Source: Eledone cirrhosa
Lineage: Eukaryota
Direction: 5' to 3'
Length of the DNA stretch: 64,000 bases
Assembly (NCBI GenBank): GCA_964016885.1
Contig: OZ024745.1
Location: 58,528,001 to 58,592,000 of the forward strand
Of this stretch, positions 1-14,297 are shown piece by piece. The translations under genes and the position numbers were made by a program. The notes below the pieces were generated by a model. It did not search any database, was not told the origin of the DNA, and worked only from the letters and a program-made list of their open reading frames with translations. Each line of letters opens with the position of its first letter. Position 1 is the first letter of the stretch.

Positions 1-688
1 TCCCGTTGGGGTGGCAGAGTCCTTTTTGTCACTTCCGCCCCAGGACCTATAAAGGGAATAAATTCCAGCTCTCTCTCTCTCATTTGCATTTCGGCTCCTG
101 GCCATTCGCGTTCGTCTGGCAACCCTAAAATGGCCTCTTCCGAGCTAACTTCAAAACGGTAACAAATAACTTTACTTCATTCTTTCATCTACTACTCATT
201 GACTTGTCAACTATACTATTCTACATAACTGCAAATTATTAATTAAACTTTATAAACACAAACCACGTCTCTTGTTATATTCATACAATCCAGTATTTTG
301 TTATAAGTATCACGTCGGGGTCACCACTTATAACAAAATACTGGATTGTATGAATATAACAAGAGACGTGGTTTGTGTTTATAAAGTTTAATTAATAATT
401 TGCAGTTATGTAGAATAGTATAGTTGACAAGTCAATGAGTAGTAGATGAAAGAATGAAGTAAAGTTATTTGTTACCGTTTTGAAGTTAGCTCGGAAGAGG
501 CCATGTTAGGGTTGCCAGACGAACGCGCCTGGCCGAAATGCAAATGAGAGAGAGAGAGCTGGAATTTATTCCCTTTATAGGTCCTGGGGCGGAAGTGACA
601 AAAAGGATTCTGCCACCCCAATGGGAAGCAACTCCAGCTACTTCCTGTCTAGAGAGCGTTACTCTATTGGTGATGTGATGGTCACAAC
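1..688 (-). mobile_element. LTR (about 327-688) plus tRNA-Trp PBS (309-326) plus inverted LTR copy (1-308, runs off the window)
   Basis: Arms 1-308 and 326-626 are near-perfect reverse complements. The loop ATCACGTCGGGGTCACCA equals the tRNA-Trp 3' end. The arm contains CCTATAAA and begins TGT on the minus strand. Confidence 0.8.
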
Positions 689-1101
689 AAGGGAGGCAAC
701 TCTTGCTACACTACTCAAAGATTTTCATCACCTGCCACATATCAACAAAAAGATGTCATCTCAATGTTTCAACATGAAAATAAACTGTAATACTGTAGTG
801 AATCAACAGCTTGGAACAAACAAATAAACTCTACTATATGTATTGAGTACTTTTACTCCAGTTTGTTAACTCAAATGTGTGTGTAGGAGAGTATATATAT
901 ATATATATATAATATATATATGTGTATAATTTGAAATGAAAACAAAACAAAGTATTATATAATAAATGAAAAAATATAAATCTGACTAGAATCATTCTAG
1001 TATGGAAGAATATTTAATATAAAAAGAAATGTAGTCATGGATAGAGGGAGGAATAACATTGCATTCTTTTGAGTAAATGTAAGAGACATTACTGACGGGG
1101 C

Positions 1102-1137
<36 letters not shown>

Positions 1138-1923
1138 GTAGTAAACAAGGGAAAGCAACACGAGAGAACAATACAGTACAACAATGGTATATAGTTTATA
1201 TAGTTGGAGCTTTAACATTCCAGATACGAGTACTTTATCAAAAGATGGAAAAAGAGAGAAGAAAGGATGTTTGGGAAACAGAAGCAACAGGTGGAGAGGA
1301 GAAAAAGCATGTCGTAGTTAGACAGCCATCTTAGAAAAGGAAAACCGAATTCAGAACAAAGGTAGATTGTATGTGTGTGTGTGTATATATATATACACAA
1401 ACGTGTGTTTTATGTATGATCATACATAAAGTTCAACCATTTATCGAAAAGTACTCAATACGTATATATAAAGTATAACATTATTTTTTAAACAAAAGAT
1501 TGACAGTAACGTATTCACGGATGGACACACACATAGACATAACTAAAGAAATGATACGGAAGGGCGGGGAGATAACTCTGCAATTTTAAATAAAATAAAG
1601 TTACTCTTGAATGCTTTGAAGATGTGTGCGTGTTTGTGTATGTTTATTTATCTGTATGTTTATGTTTGAATTCTGTTGAGTAGCTGCACGCCAGTCCTGA
1701 CTGAGCAAGCCTATAAGCAAAGGGGTTCCATCCATGACCTCCCTTCTTTATCTTAGGCACAATGCACCGAAAAGCACATTATCGAATGTGTTCATTTTTT
1801 TTTCACAGTTAATGCGTAATTTTAGGGATATCTGGTTGCTATCTCTAGCAGGCCCAGCAACTGCTAAGAGCTTTTGTTTTGTTCTAAGTCTGTTTTATAC
1901 AGTTCCATTTGGTTTTTGTTGTG

Positions 1924-1929
1924 TTTATT
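1924..1929 (-). promoter_or_regulatory. Candidate polyadenylation signal AATAAA of FHIP2
   Basis: First AATAAA on the minus strand, about 55 nt after the stop codon. AT-rich context, so weak evidence. Confidence 0.3.
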
Positions 1930-1982
1930 TTTTCCTTTTATCATTTCGTCTTTATAAATATCACATATAGCTCCAAGGTGTT

Positions 1983-2103
1983 TCACAAAGTCGTCCGAGT
2001 AATTGCTGCATACTGTTTAACAAAGGCAATAGCTGAAAGTTCCTTGCAAAATTCTTCCAGAACAATGACAGCAGACATTTCATTGAAGGTTTCTGTGTCC
2101 ATA
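1983..2103 (-). CDS. FHIP2A: FHIP2 exon 17, terminal ([39 protein letters not shown])
   Basis: ctgcAG acceptor, TGA at 1983-1985, conserved LEEFCKEL C-terminal motif. Confidence 0.95.
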
Positions 2104-2257
2104 CTGCAGAGGAAAAGAAAAGAGAAATATTAATGAAATACAAACCTCTAACAAGATGTCTAAACAATTTAATAACGTGTGTGAATGTGTGAGAGAGAGA
2201 GTGTGTATGAGTGTGTGTGTATGTGTGAGAGAGTGTGTGTGTGAGAGAGAGAGAGAG

Positions 2258-2297
<40 letters not shown>

Positions 2298-2455
2298 TGT
2301 GTGTGAGAGAGAGAGTGTGTGTGAGAGAGAGTGTGTGAGAGAGAGAGTGTGTGTGAGAGAGAGAGTGTGTGTGTGAGAGAGTGTGTGTGTGAGAGAGTGT
2401 GTCTGTCAGAGAGAGTGTGTGTGTGTGTGAGTGTGAGAGTGTGAGTGTGAGTGTG

Positions 2456-2495
<40 letters not shown>

Positions 2496-3757
2496 TGTGT
2501 CTGTCAGAGTGAGTGTGTTGGCTTACATGGAGTTTAGTAAAAAAAATTCAAAATTCATTTGAATTCAATAAACCAAAACTGAATGGTGCAAGAATTAATT
2601 CTGCATCTTTAAAAATCTGAATGGTGCAAGAATTAATTCTGCATCTTTAAAAATGATGAGCAGTATAGTAGACCTGCCAACCTCTAAAATCCCAAACGGG
2701 GAGTACCATGAAAAAAAAGGGCCACAAACGGGGAGAAATGAGGCAAAATGGGGAGATTTTACATAATGAAAGCTATACCCATTTTCTCAAGAGAAGACAT
2801 CTCTCGCCTACCTTAAAGTGGGTAAAAGATATGTCCGTTGGATGAAGAGAGTTGACAGGTCTGGTATAGCAGCAAATTGGCAGAGTTGTTAGTGTTGGAT
2901 AGGATACTTTGCAATATGTTTTCTGATTCTATGGGTGCTGTATCGGTTGAGTGTCAGCTAAAATATAATTTCTGTATTTGTTCTGATCATTTTACATTCT
3001 GAGTTCAAATCCCACCAACTTTGCCTTTCATCTTCTGGATTTGATAAGATTAAGTATCAGTCAATTTTACCACATAAGTGGGCCACATACTAGGTGAAAT
3101 AAATGCCAGGACAGAAAAAAAAAGCAGTGGTGATTACTAGGGAGAGGAGTAATAGATAGTATAGACAGATAGATATGTTTAGAAGAGGTCACACTCTTGA
3201 AAACACCAATCTTCTGGTTATCCTTTTTATCCACAGTTTTTTTCTGCAGATACTGACCAGTAAATATTCATAAGGGGAGAAAAAAAACCATGTGTTGTAG
3301 TTAGACAGCCATCTTAGAAATGGGAAACTGCATTCTAAATTTTTGTAAAGTTTAAAACTTGAACAAAAGGTTAGATACAGTTGAAATGTAAACAAAGAAT
3401 GAAAATTTTACTGAAGCAATGCAAAAGTATGGCTTCCACCTCAGTAGTCAATGATAAAAATAATGATTTCTACTATAGGCACAAGGCCAGTAATTTGGGG
3501 GAGGGAAGAGTTGATTAAACGCCCCCAGTGCATTACTGGTACTTTATTTTATCAACCCTATTTAGGATGAGAGGCAAAGCTAACTTCGGCAGGATTTGAA
3601 CCCATAATGTAAAGGGCCATAACTCTATGCTACAGAGCATGTTGTCTGATGCTCTACCGATACTGCCAATCCACCGCCCTTCAATGTGTCAAAATATCAT
3701 CATGTTTATTCACATGTATAAATATAATATTTTGACACCGCGTTCCAACTCATTAAA

Positions 3758-3789
<32 letters not shown>

Positions 3790-6700
3790 TATATATAGTT
3801 ATTAATCTACTTTGTTATAACTAATTATTAAAAGTATATGGAGTAATGAGCTGAAAGAGATGCTCAATTGTTGTACTATTGGAACACTTAAAAGTGGTAA
3901 TAAAATAAATTGCTGTAATATATGCAAGCCAATACAACCAACTTTAACACAACTATAAGAAAAGATTGACTCACGACTAAAGTAACGAAATATTGATTTC
4001 TTACATAAGTAAGATTTAGGGACTGAGACTGTCATTAAAATTGACTCCAGTACTTGACTGATACTTTATTAATCCTAGAATAATGAATTGCAAGGAGACA
4101 TGGAAGAATTTGAATCCAGAAGGAAAGGAGCTGAAATAAATACTGTAAGGCATTTTATTTAATGATCTAAGGATTCATTAAATACACTGCCATAAGGTAA
4201 AAAAAATATTTATGATAAAAATTATTTAGGATACACATTCAGATGTGGCCTTATTCTTTTACATTATACCGTGTAACAAAAAAATTTGTTTTCTCTGTTC
4301 CTGGCTTATAATCACTTTTTTTGTGTTGCTTAGGTCCCAAATAAATTTAAAAAAGTGCTATTAAACAGTTAAAAATTTGGGTTTGTAAAAATTCTAAACT
4401 ATTCACTAGAATTATTTGTATGCTGGATTTTACGTTGTATGTAAGTTTAATTTGCTTATGTTAAATGATTTTTTTTATATATGTTTCAGGTTAAATTAAA
4501 ATTATAAAATAAAGAGTAATACCTAACGAAAATTATAAAAGTGCAATAAAGTATAAAATTGTTAAAAAGTGGATTAAAGAGATTTATTGATACTGGATTT
4601 TCACACCCTGAATAAAGGGTAAGTTGTGTTTTAAGCACAAATTTTCATTAGTATGATTAGCGTTCTTTTATATTATTTAAATATGTATTTCCTTTTCCAA
4701 TATTTATTTTGTATTGCATATCAAATTTATTTTCCAAGACAAGTATTCTGATGAAGAGGAGGAGATGGATGCTGAGGACTTGGATTACCTGCCTGAGGTA
4801 CCAGAAAAAGTTCCTCACTTTCCAAACCCAAAAGAAGTCAATGACTTGGTCAGGGATATGGGTCTGACCAAGTCCAATGCAGAGCTATTCGTCTCCAGGA
4901 TGAAGCAGTGGAACTTGGTCAAAGAAGAAGTGCAGGTGACAAGTCAGAGAAGTGGACACGAACCTTTCTCAGGCTTTTACACTCTTAGGGATGGCCTCTG
5001 CTTCTGCCATGATGTGCCTGGACTGTTTGACATTATTGGGGTGCTGTTTGTGCCCAAGGAGTGGCGGCTATTTATAGACAGCTCCACCACAAGTTTGAAG
5101 GCTGTCCTCCTCCTCCACAATGGAAACAAGTTCCCGACACTGCCCCTGGCTCATTCAGTCTGCCTGAAGGAAGATTACTACAGTGTGAAAGTCCTCTTGG
5201 AAGCTCTGCAATACAACCAGTACAATTGGGAAATCATTGGAAACTTCAAGATGGTGGCTTTCCTGCTTGGACTCCAAGGAGGCTTTATCAAATTCCAATG
5301 CTCTGCTTTTGAGACAGCAGAGCCACTTCTGACCACTACAAAAGAAAGAACTGGGAGCAGCGAACAGAATTTGTAGTTGGGACCCGGAACGTCATGTGGG
5401 AGCCACTGGTTGATCCCAGGATTGTGCTCATGCTGCCACTGCACATTAAGTTGGGGTTGATGAAGCAGTTTGTGAAGGCTCTCAACCAAGAATCAGCCGC
5501 TTTTAAGTACCTTCTTGAGTTCTTCCCCAAGTTATCTGAGGCCAAAATCAAAGGTGGAATTTTTGTTGGACCTCAGATAAAGGTGTTTGAGTCTACCGAG
5601 TTATCCAATAAGCTCAATAGGATTGAGAGAACAGCATGGAACTGTTTCAAGGCAGTTGTTAAGGGCTTCCTGAGCAACTACAGAGCTGAAAACTACCAGC
5701 AACTGGTGCAGGATCTGATAAAGGCTTTTAGCGCCACGGGATGCAGCATGTCGCTTAAACTCCATATGCTGGATGCTCACCTGGAAAAATTCAAGGACAA
5801 TATGGGCGCCTACTCAGAAGAACAAGGCGAACGATTCCACCAAGATGTGAAAGAGAGAGTGGAGGTACCAGTGCCACTACAATGAAAAAATGATGGGGGA
5901 CTATCTGGGGGCTAGTGCGGGAATGCGATCTGGACTACAACCGCAAATCCAGTCATTTCTGACGTGTATAAGTTGCTTTATAAGTGTTATTTGTTTTTAC
6001 TTGTTTGCTTTTGATAAGCTTGTGTAATAAAATAAATATATACTCTGTTGATTTAATTATATGAACTGATAAATTTAAAAAAAATGTTTTTTCTTGAAAA
6101 ATATGAAAATTTCGAAATATCAAACTCCTGACCACAAACCCAAACTTCTGATTAAATAATAGTGTTTTTTTAATAATAATTGTTTCTACTTTTTGGCACA
6201 AGGCCAGCAATTACCCAGTGCATTACTGGTACTTTATTTTATCGACCCCGTAAGGATGAAAGGCAAAGTTAACCTCGGCGGGATTCAAACTCAGAATGGC
6301 AAGGGCCGTAACTCTGTGCGTCAAAGCATAGCATCCTACCCTCTACCGATACTGCCAATCCACAATAATGGGATATAACAAACCATGAAATGACACTTAG
6401 AACCGGGGAACAAAAAATATGTTACACAGTGTTAACTCTTGCCAGTATTAGAACAGCTCCTCCACTATATTGTGGTGGCCATAACTGGACCACAAAACCT
6501 AAGGTCCCACATACATGTTAAGTGTATGAAATTTTAATTATACGAAATAAACTCTCTTGCAATAGATTGAGCATTGTTTTCCTTAACCTTTTATCTATGG
6601 ATATCCTGCATACACATTTATGTGTGTGTGTGAGTCAGTGAGTATGTGAGCGTGTATGAGTGAGTGTATAACTGTTTGTTTTCATGTTAATATAGGATGG

Positions 6701-9700
6701 GCTGAATGATTTTAACAAAGATTGAAGCTTAAAAAATATTTAAAAAACAGGATGCTTTTTCCAGTAGGGAAGTAAAAGTAAACAGAATGGTGTCTTGAGT
6801 TACAATACAATAACTATAAAGAAGGTTTGGAAACAAGCAGCCTGAGTTCCCATTCAGCAAAACAATATAAAAAGTTAGAAACAAAGAAATAGTAAATAGA
6901 TTATTTTAAAAGGAAGATATTAAGAAAGCCACAACAACACTAACAGATATCAACATGCAGGTTAGGGTTAGTATTTATTTAGGAATTTGTTATAAAGAAG
7001 CAACAGTTGCTAAATCATATATATATATGCTGCAGAAGAGAAAGGAATACTTACCAAAAAATTGGTGGGACACTTTCATGCCGCATGCTGTAGACAAGTC
7101 ATTTCAAGTCAATACACACAGAAATAAACAAACAATTGGTTAAAATAAAATAAAATAAAAAATAAATAAAGGAAAAGAGAAAAGTGGTCATTTATTAGAT
7201 CTTGGATTTCATACATATTAAGAGCGGGCAGAACAGGATTAGGGCAAGGCCTCCCTAAATGTGAAATAAATATCATTCCACTGCAAAGTGATTGTGGAGG
7301 TGCCACGGTAAAAAAGCACCCAGCCCACACTGTAAAGTGGATGTGTAGGTGCCACGGAAAAAAAAAGCACCCAGCACTCACTGTAAATGAGGTTGGTGTT
7401 AGGAAGGGCATCCAGCTGTAGAAATCAAGCCAGAATCAGTCCCTGTATGAGATAGACAAGGTCAGCCGACCGGACACTGCCCACAACAGGACAACCCGTC
7501 TAACCCATGCTAGCATGGAAGAACGGATGTAAAACGGTGATGATGATGATGATGACAGTGGAAAAGCAAAGAATAAATATACATGCTAGTATTATTTGCT
7601 TTGCTTTGGATTGGCAGTATCGGTAGAGGGTCGGACGCCATTTTTTGACATATAGAGTTACGGCCCTTCCCATTCTGAGTTCAAATCCTGCCAAGGTTAA
7701 CTTTGCCTTTCATCCTTACGGGGTCGATAAAATAAAGTACCAGTAATGCACTGGGTATTTGCTGGCCTTGTGCCTAACGTAGAAACAATTATTTGCTTTG
7801 CTTTTTGTTGAATAATTGTAATCATTGCAGATGTGATTAGGTAATAACAATCTTATATTCTAGAGATAGCTGGCTAAATCAAACATCCAATAAGACTATC
7901 AAGTGACAATGACACTATTACTAAGGGGAATGCCATGTTGAAATTTAGGTATTAAAACAGAAACCCATACTGAAGATAATTGGAAGTTTGTTGAATAGAT
8001 TTAGTTGCTACACTGAACAGGTTGAGTGCCCACAACAATTAGAACCACCGTACAGTGTTTATCAAGTTGTTAAAAGAAAGCCTTTACATAGTCACTACAG
8101 CAAATGAGGAAACTTCTATGCAAATACTCAAAATGCTAAAAATATCGGCCAGATATCCCTAAAAGTGCACTCGATCATCTTAACCCTTTAGCATTTAGAT
8201 TACTTTATGTTTACTATTATATATTCATTATTTATTTTGAGAGGGTCGATAAAATAAAGTACCAGTAATGCACTGTGTAATTGCTGGCCTTGTGCCTAAA
8301 GTAGAAACAATTATTTATTTTGAGAACAATACCTTAACATCAGTATGAGTGGCCAGTTACAGCCGGTTTGAACAGAAAGAGGTAAGAGAATTCTGGTCGG
8401 ATACTGCTGGTTTAAATGCTAAAGGGTTAAATAAGGAAATTGTATGACTAGATATACCACCAAAAAGATGGGGTAGCCATGACTGGAATGCCTTTGAATA
8501 TATGTCCGCTTGATCAAGATTGACTGGGATTAATCACCAAGTCATAACCTGTCCTGTATTTGCTGCTGCCTACAGTAGTAAGCTTTATCATCACATGATA
8601 CCTACATACATCTGGGCTACTACATAATGTTGCTAAGGGATTTGTTTTACTGTTGAGCTTTATAGCTAGTAGCCCCAACACCTTAACATCACACCTGTAA
8701 CTCTCTTCTAAATAGAAAAAATATTTAAAAGTCAAAATGTAATTCCTTTAACTCTTGATACCAATGCACCCGAAGCTGACCTGGTTTTATGATACAACAA
8801 CTGCCTATTTTAAAAGCCTTCCACACTAATTTTATTACATTCCTCTGAATTTTTTTAATTATTATCCAAATTAACTGAAACTTATAGAAATATATAAATA
8901 AAAGGATTAAATAATAATTTAATGAGACTAAGATAAAAGCAATTTGTCTGTATTTGTCAATATAGACTAAACTAAAACCTTCAACCCTTTAAAATTGTAT
9001 CGTCTCTTCAAATTCACCTCTTACATAAAATTCCAGCAAGGAGTTAAGTGTTCATAATATTAAGGATATATTGTTTTCACATTTGTAATCTATCTTGTAG
9101 AGTTGTAACTAACTGCTCATATATTTAAATAACTATTGTTATCAACTTCTGATTAGTAAAATTTCATTAATGGATACAGTCAACTGACTGTATCAATTAA
9201 TGAAAATTTCAAACTTAGAAGCTCATCAGCTTTCCCAGTTTCAGATAGTGTTAAGTGACTGAAAATACAAGACATCTTACAGTGTAGGATACCAGTCCAT
9301 TGCATAAGCCACTCACTTTCAACTACTGCTTGTAAATATTTTCAACCAAATGGACTGGAGCAATGTTACAACTCACTACTCTGTCCAGAAATCAAACCCA
9401 TGCCACTAATTGAATACAAAACCCTATTAGGTACTGTATTAATATAAAATTATATAAAAAAAGATGTTTCTATTGGAATTTTTTCCATAGATAAATGATT
9501 GCCTAACTCTTTGCAACACCACTGTATTGCACAATACATTAAGATTTCTATCATCATCATCATCATTTAACGTCCATCTTCCAGGCTAGCATGGGTTAGA
9601 CGAGAGTTGTCCCAATTTGAGGCAAGGTTGGTCGAGTGACCGTGTCTCGCTTGTATAGGACTATCTGGCAGGTTTTCTACGGCTGGATGCCCTTCCTAAC

Positions 9701-12700
9701 ACCAACCACATTTACAGTGTTGACTGGGAACTTTTTACCGTGTTACCTACACGGCCACATTACAGCGTGGACTGTGTGTTTTTTGTCGTGACACCTACAC
9801 AATCTTGATTTCATTATCTCATTTATTTGGACGGGATGTTGTGGTACCAACTTTACAGAGAAAGGGTTTTGTTGGTGGGAGTGGGAGGATGGAGTAGGGG
9901 TAGTGGATTGGGGTGTATATTTGGTTAAGAGGTGCCTACCGACTGTAGGTTTTGCTTTGTACATAGGCAAGGCGGGTCTTCTGTATTACTGCGTAGCGCC
10001 AAAGATCTCAGTCCAGTGACATTGTCTTAGAGAGGTGCAAGTGTGTAAGGTCGGAATTTATCAGATCGTCCCAGGTTTTTCTGGGTCTACCTACTCCGTA
10101 ACTTCCATCAATTTTGATCACCCTGCACTTTTTTATACAGCTGTCATCTTTCATGTGCATCACGTGACCATACCAACGTAGTCTTCTCTCAAGTAAACAG
10201 CATCTGATCCCTCTTATTCCTAATTTCTCACTTAGTTCATTTATGTTTTGCCGTTCACGTATATTACTATTACACATCCAACGGAGCATGCATGCTTCGT
10301 TCCTTTCCAGTCTGTGCAGGTCCTCTGCACACAATGCCCATGTCTCACTGCCATGTAACATTGCTGTTCGTATACAGGCATCATACAATCTGCCTTTCAT
10401 TTTTAGAGAGAAACCTTTTGTGGCCAGCGGTATAAGCTCTCTGAGCTTTTTCCATCCCGTTCTGAGTCTGGCTACTGTATTTTCAGAGCACCCTCCACCA
10501 CTACTGATTTTGTCACCCAGGTAACGGAAAGTGTCCACTATTTCTATAGAACCATTTGGGACATAAAATGGAATTTCTACCTACTCCTTGCCTACACACT
10601 GAGCATGGCCATTTCCTAGAGGGCACCTGTGCCCTATTATCCTTTCTACATACTAGAACTTTAGTCTTAAACAAGTTAACTTTAAGGCCTTTTGATTCTA
10701 GGCCATGCTTCCATGTTTGGAATTTCTATTCTAGTTCAGCCATGGATTCAGCTATGAGAGTTAGATCATCTGTGTATAGGAGTTCCCATGGGCAGCCGGT
10801 CTTAAACTCCTCTGTTATAGCCTGAAGGGCAATAATAAATAGGAGGGGGCTAGGACAGAGCCTTGATGAACACTGACTTTTACGCTAAATTCTTCACTAT
10901 ATTCATTGTGATTCGAATTCTAACCTTACTGACTGTTTCTTTATACATGGCTTGTATAGCTCTCACAAGCCATTCATCTACACCTAGTTTTCTAAGAGCC
11001 CACCAGATAATGGAGCAGGGGACTCTGTCAAAGGTTTTCTCCAGGTCTAGAAAAGCTAAGTAGAGGGGTTTACTTTTAGCTAGGTACTTCTCCTGTAGTT
11101 GTCGTACAAAGAAAAGAATGTCTGTGGAACTTTAACCTGACACAAACCCAAACTGCATTTCATCTAGATCAATTCACTCTATGATTAGTTGCGCTATAAC
11201 TCTTTCTCCTCCTTTAGTAGCCTCTTGTAGTGACACTTCCAAGCTACCTTCTTATCAGTACCAATAAGGGCAAGTACACCATTATCATTATGGACACACT
11301 TCTCCCTCTTGTTAAAGTTTTATATGTCGTATTGTACATTTATATCATTAGATATTTATGTATGTATATATGTCATTCACTATTTTGTAATGATTAAATA
11401 CTCGGATTTATTCTTTGAATTTTTTCTTTGAGCTTATTTTGGGAGACAAGACACATTTTTGAGGTTATCTCAAACATGACATCTATCACTTTGAATGTAA
11501 TATATATAATATTTATATATATATATAGATAGATAGATAGATTCATTTTATTAAGGCTAAATAGTGAGTCTTGTTACTCTGGAGTTTCGCCTGTTTATAT
11601 ATATATATTCATGCTTAAATCCAGTTTCCCGTGTAAATGTGAATGGGATGATATGTTTTGTTTTTTTCTCTTAAAAAATTGGATTTCTTCATACTGCTGA
11701 ACCAAGTATTTATATAGTTAGATGGTATATCTTTTCTATATACTAAAAAGTAAGACTGGAACCAGGTAGGCTGGTCATTAACTCAGAACCTTAATTCCAA
11801 GAATGAGGAGAGCAGGCTAGTGGACTAAAAACAAATGTCCTTTCACTTGAAAAATAAAGTTAATTTAAATCATAAACTATTATTCATTAAGTTTTAAATG
11901 TATTAACAAACAATTGTTAGAAACAGCACTGGAAAGACAGATTATAGTGTAATACTGGCTATAAAACCACCTATAAACTTTACCAGGGCTGGAGGAAAAA
12001 AACTACTTGGACCAATTAAAGGTATAAAGAAAAAAAATCCATTCAAATATTAACAATAAAGTAATAAAGAAGAAAAACATTCAAACATGCAAAACAAAAC
12101 AAACAAAGATATACGTGCATGCTACAATATGGTAAAAATCAACTGAGTCATTTTTGGTGATTGGGAAAACAATCACCAAAATAACTGATATATTTTTACT
12201 TAAAGTTTTTTTTTTTATTTCTAATTAACTGCTATTATTATTTTTCTTTTTTTACAGCAACCAAAATCACAAATTAAAACAAATTAAAATTCCTCAAATT
12301 TAAAATGCCTATGTTTTTCTAAATTCAAAAGGAGTGAAAAATATTTGAATGTAACATCTTTTTCAAACTGACATTTAAATTTAAACTCTAATTAAAATAC
12401 AATAAATTCAATAAGACAGGATGTAGTCATAAAAAAAAAAATCACTTCCTTATTGAATTTCAACTCAAGTTCAAACTTCAATTTCATATTTCCCAAACTC
12501 TGAATTTTGACTAATGAAAAAAAATCTTAATTTTTAGTTCTATAAATTTAAACCTCCACAAAAATAAACAAAACAAATAAATAAAATAACTACTAAAAAG
12601 AATTGCAATCAAAATTTCTCAAGCATAGTATATAATTAATTTTACAGAAGTCTTTTCTTATCATTTTACACCTGTTTTTTCATGTTTGTATGGGCTAAGT

Positions 12701-14266
12701 CATTACAGTCCAAGTCAGTAATTATGTATGAGCAAGATATAGTCTTCCAACCCTCCTACATCGGTTTGATGGAGGACCCCTTTTGGTATGGTTGCTATGG
12801 CTAGATGCCATTCTCAACACAATATCACTTACAATGTACTTGGTGCATTTCATCACAGCACCAGGACAAAAGAGATTGTCATGTCCTTGGCATGAATGAA
12901 GATTCTGTTCTATCCTATGTTGTTACCATTTGATCAACAATCATTTTACAGATTGTAGTGGATACATATTACTGTGGCACTAACACCAGAAAGGTAGATT
13001 TATTGCCTCAAGGCTAATGAGTACCTTCTACATCATGTAGTCTCCATTTTTTCAAGGTCAACATGACTTGGGAGTAAAATAGGGGAATGATAAACATGTA
13101 GGAGAAAATGGTGATGTATATCTATGTGTAGGAGAAGATGTTAACAAATGAAGTAATAGCAGAAATAGTGGATGATAGTTATGTGTTGGATGTTGGTAGG
13201 AGCTTGAGTAGATAGCAGCACAAAAAGCATGAGGAGGCAGCATAAGATGAGTCATGGAAAAGGATAGCAAATGATAGTACATGTTAACCAAGAATTACAT
13301 GGAGAAGATGATGGTTTGTAGCCAATGGCAATGGGTCGGGAGGTATTATTAGTAGTAGGGGTAATGGCAGGACACCGAGAATGGACAGATCAGATGCTCC
13401 CCATCATGACATAGACATTGATAGAAGAGTGGTAGAAAGATAGCTGAGTGTTGATAGGAGAGAAGTAGAGTGACACTGATAATGAGAATATTGATGAGTG
13501 ATGGTGAATGGATTGAATATTGACAGATTATAAGTCATACTTTGTTACAAGGTGGCATGGTAAAGACAAAAGGATTGGAGATGAATGACATGAAGGTGAA
13601 TTTGGTGTCTAATGAGTAGAACAGTAGATGGAGAATTGACAGAAGTATAGTGAGCAACAGTCCTATCAACATTGTTCTAATGACTACTTTGCCTTGCTAA
13701 CACAGCTGGATGGGAAATTTCCAGCACAGTGTTACACTAATCATCATCAGACTTTTGTTATTTGTATCACGGAATGGCTTCTTGAGGTTAGTTTTCCAGA
13801 CTTCGTTCAATATCTTCCTGGGTCTCTCCCTTCCACGGTATTTATTTAGAATGCTTCAACTGATAATAGGAATTTATCAAAATACTAATTTTGGGTTATA
13901 TTCATCTATCTTCTAATGCTTTTAAATTAGATTTAATACCATATTGTCAACATCAGTTGTATAATGCATGCTAAACTGTAATTAGTAGAAATACAGGCAT
14001 GTTTTCAATGTATGTCAAAGAAACTAACATGCTTAGAAAAGCTTCCAGCAGTGGCTTACCTCTCTATGGTTTTATGTTCACTAATCAGTAGCTTGCGAGT
14101 AGTTTGAAGCATCTGGGAGAAGTTTGACTCTGATTTTTTCCTGGATTTTATATCACCAACAACCTACAAAATAAAAGGATAGTGATAAACATTTATGATA
14201 CAATAGTGTATATTTATTGTTTATATATGTACATGTTTGTAAACAAACAGACATATACAATATATA

Positions 14267-14297
<31 letters not shown>

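Noticed and set aside
621-4035. Short ORFs here and throughout the window with IYIY, CVCV or RERE runs, and antisense ORFs over LINEs
   Set aside because: They are microsatellite or shadow frames with no recognisable protein motifs.
7606-7695. tRNA genes at SINE heads (also about 14940-15015, 40525-40595 and 53660-53730)
   Set aside because: A and B boxes are present but I could not fold a cloverleaf. They are embedded in multi-copy SINE bodies.
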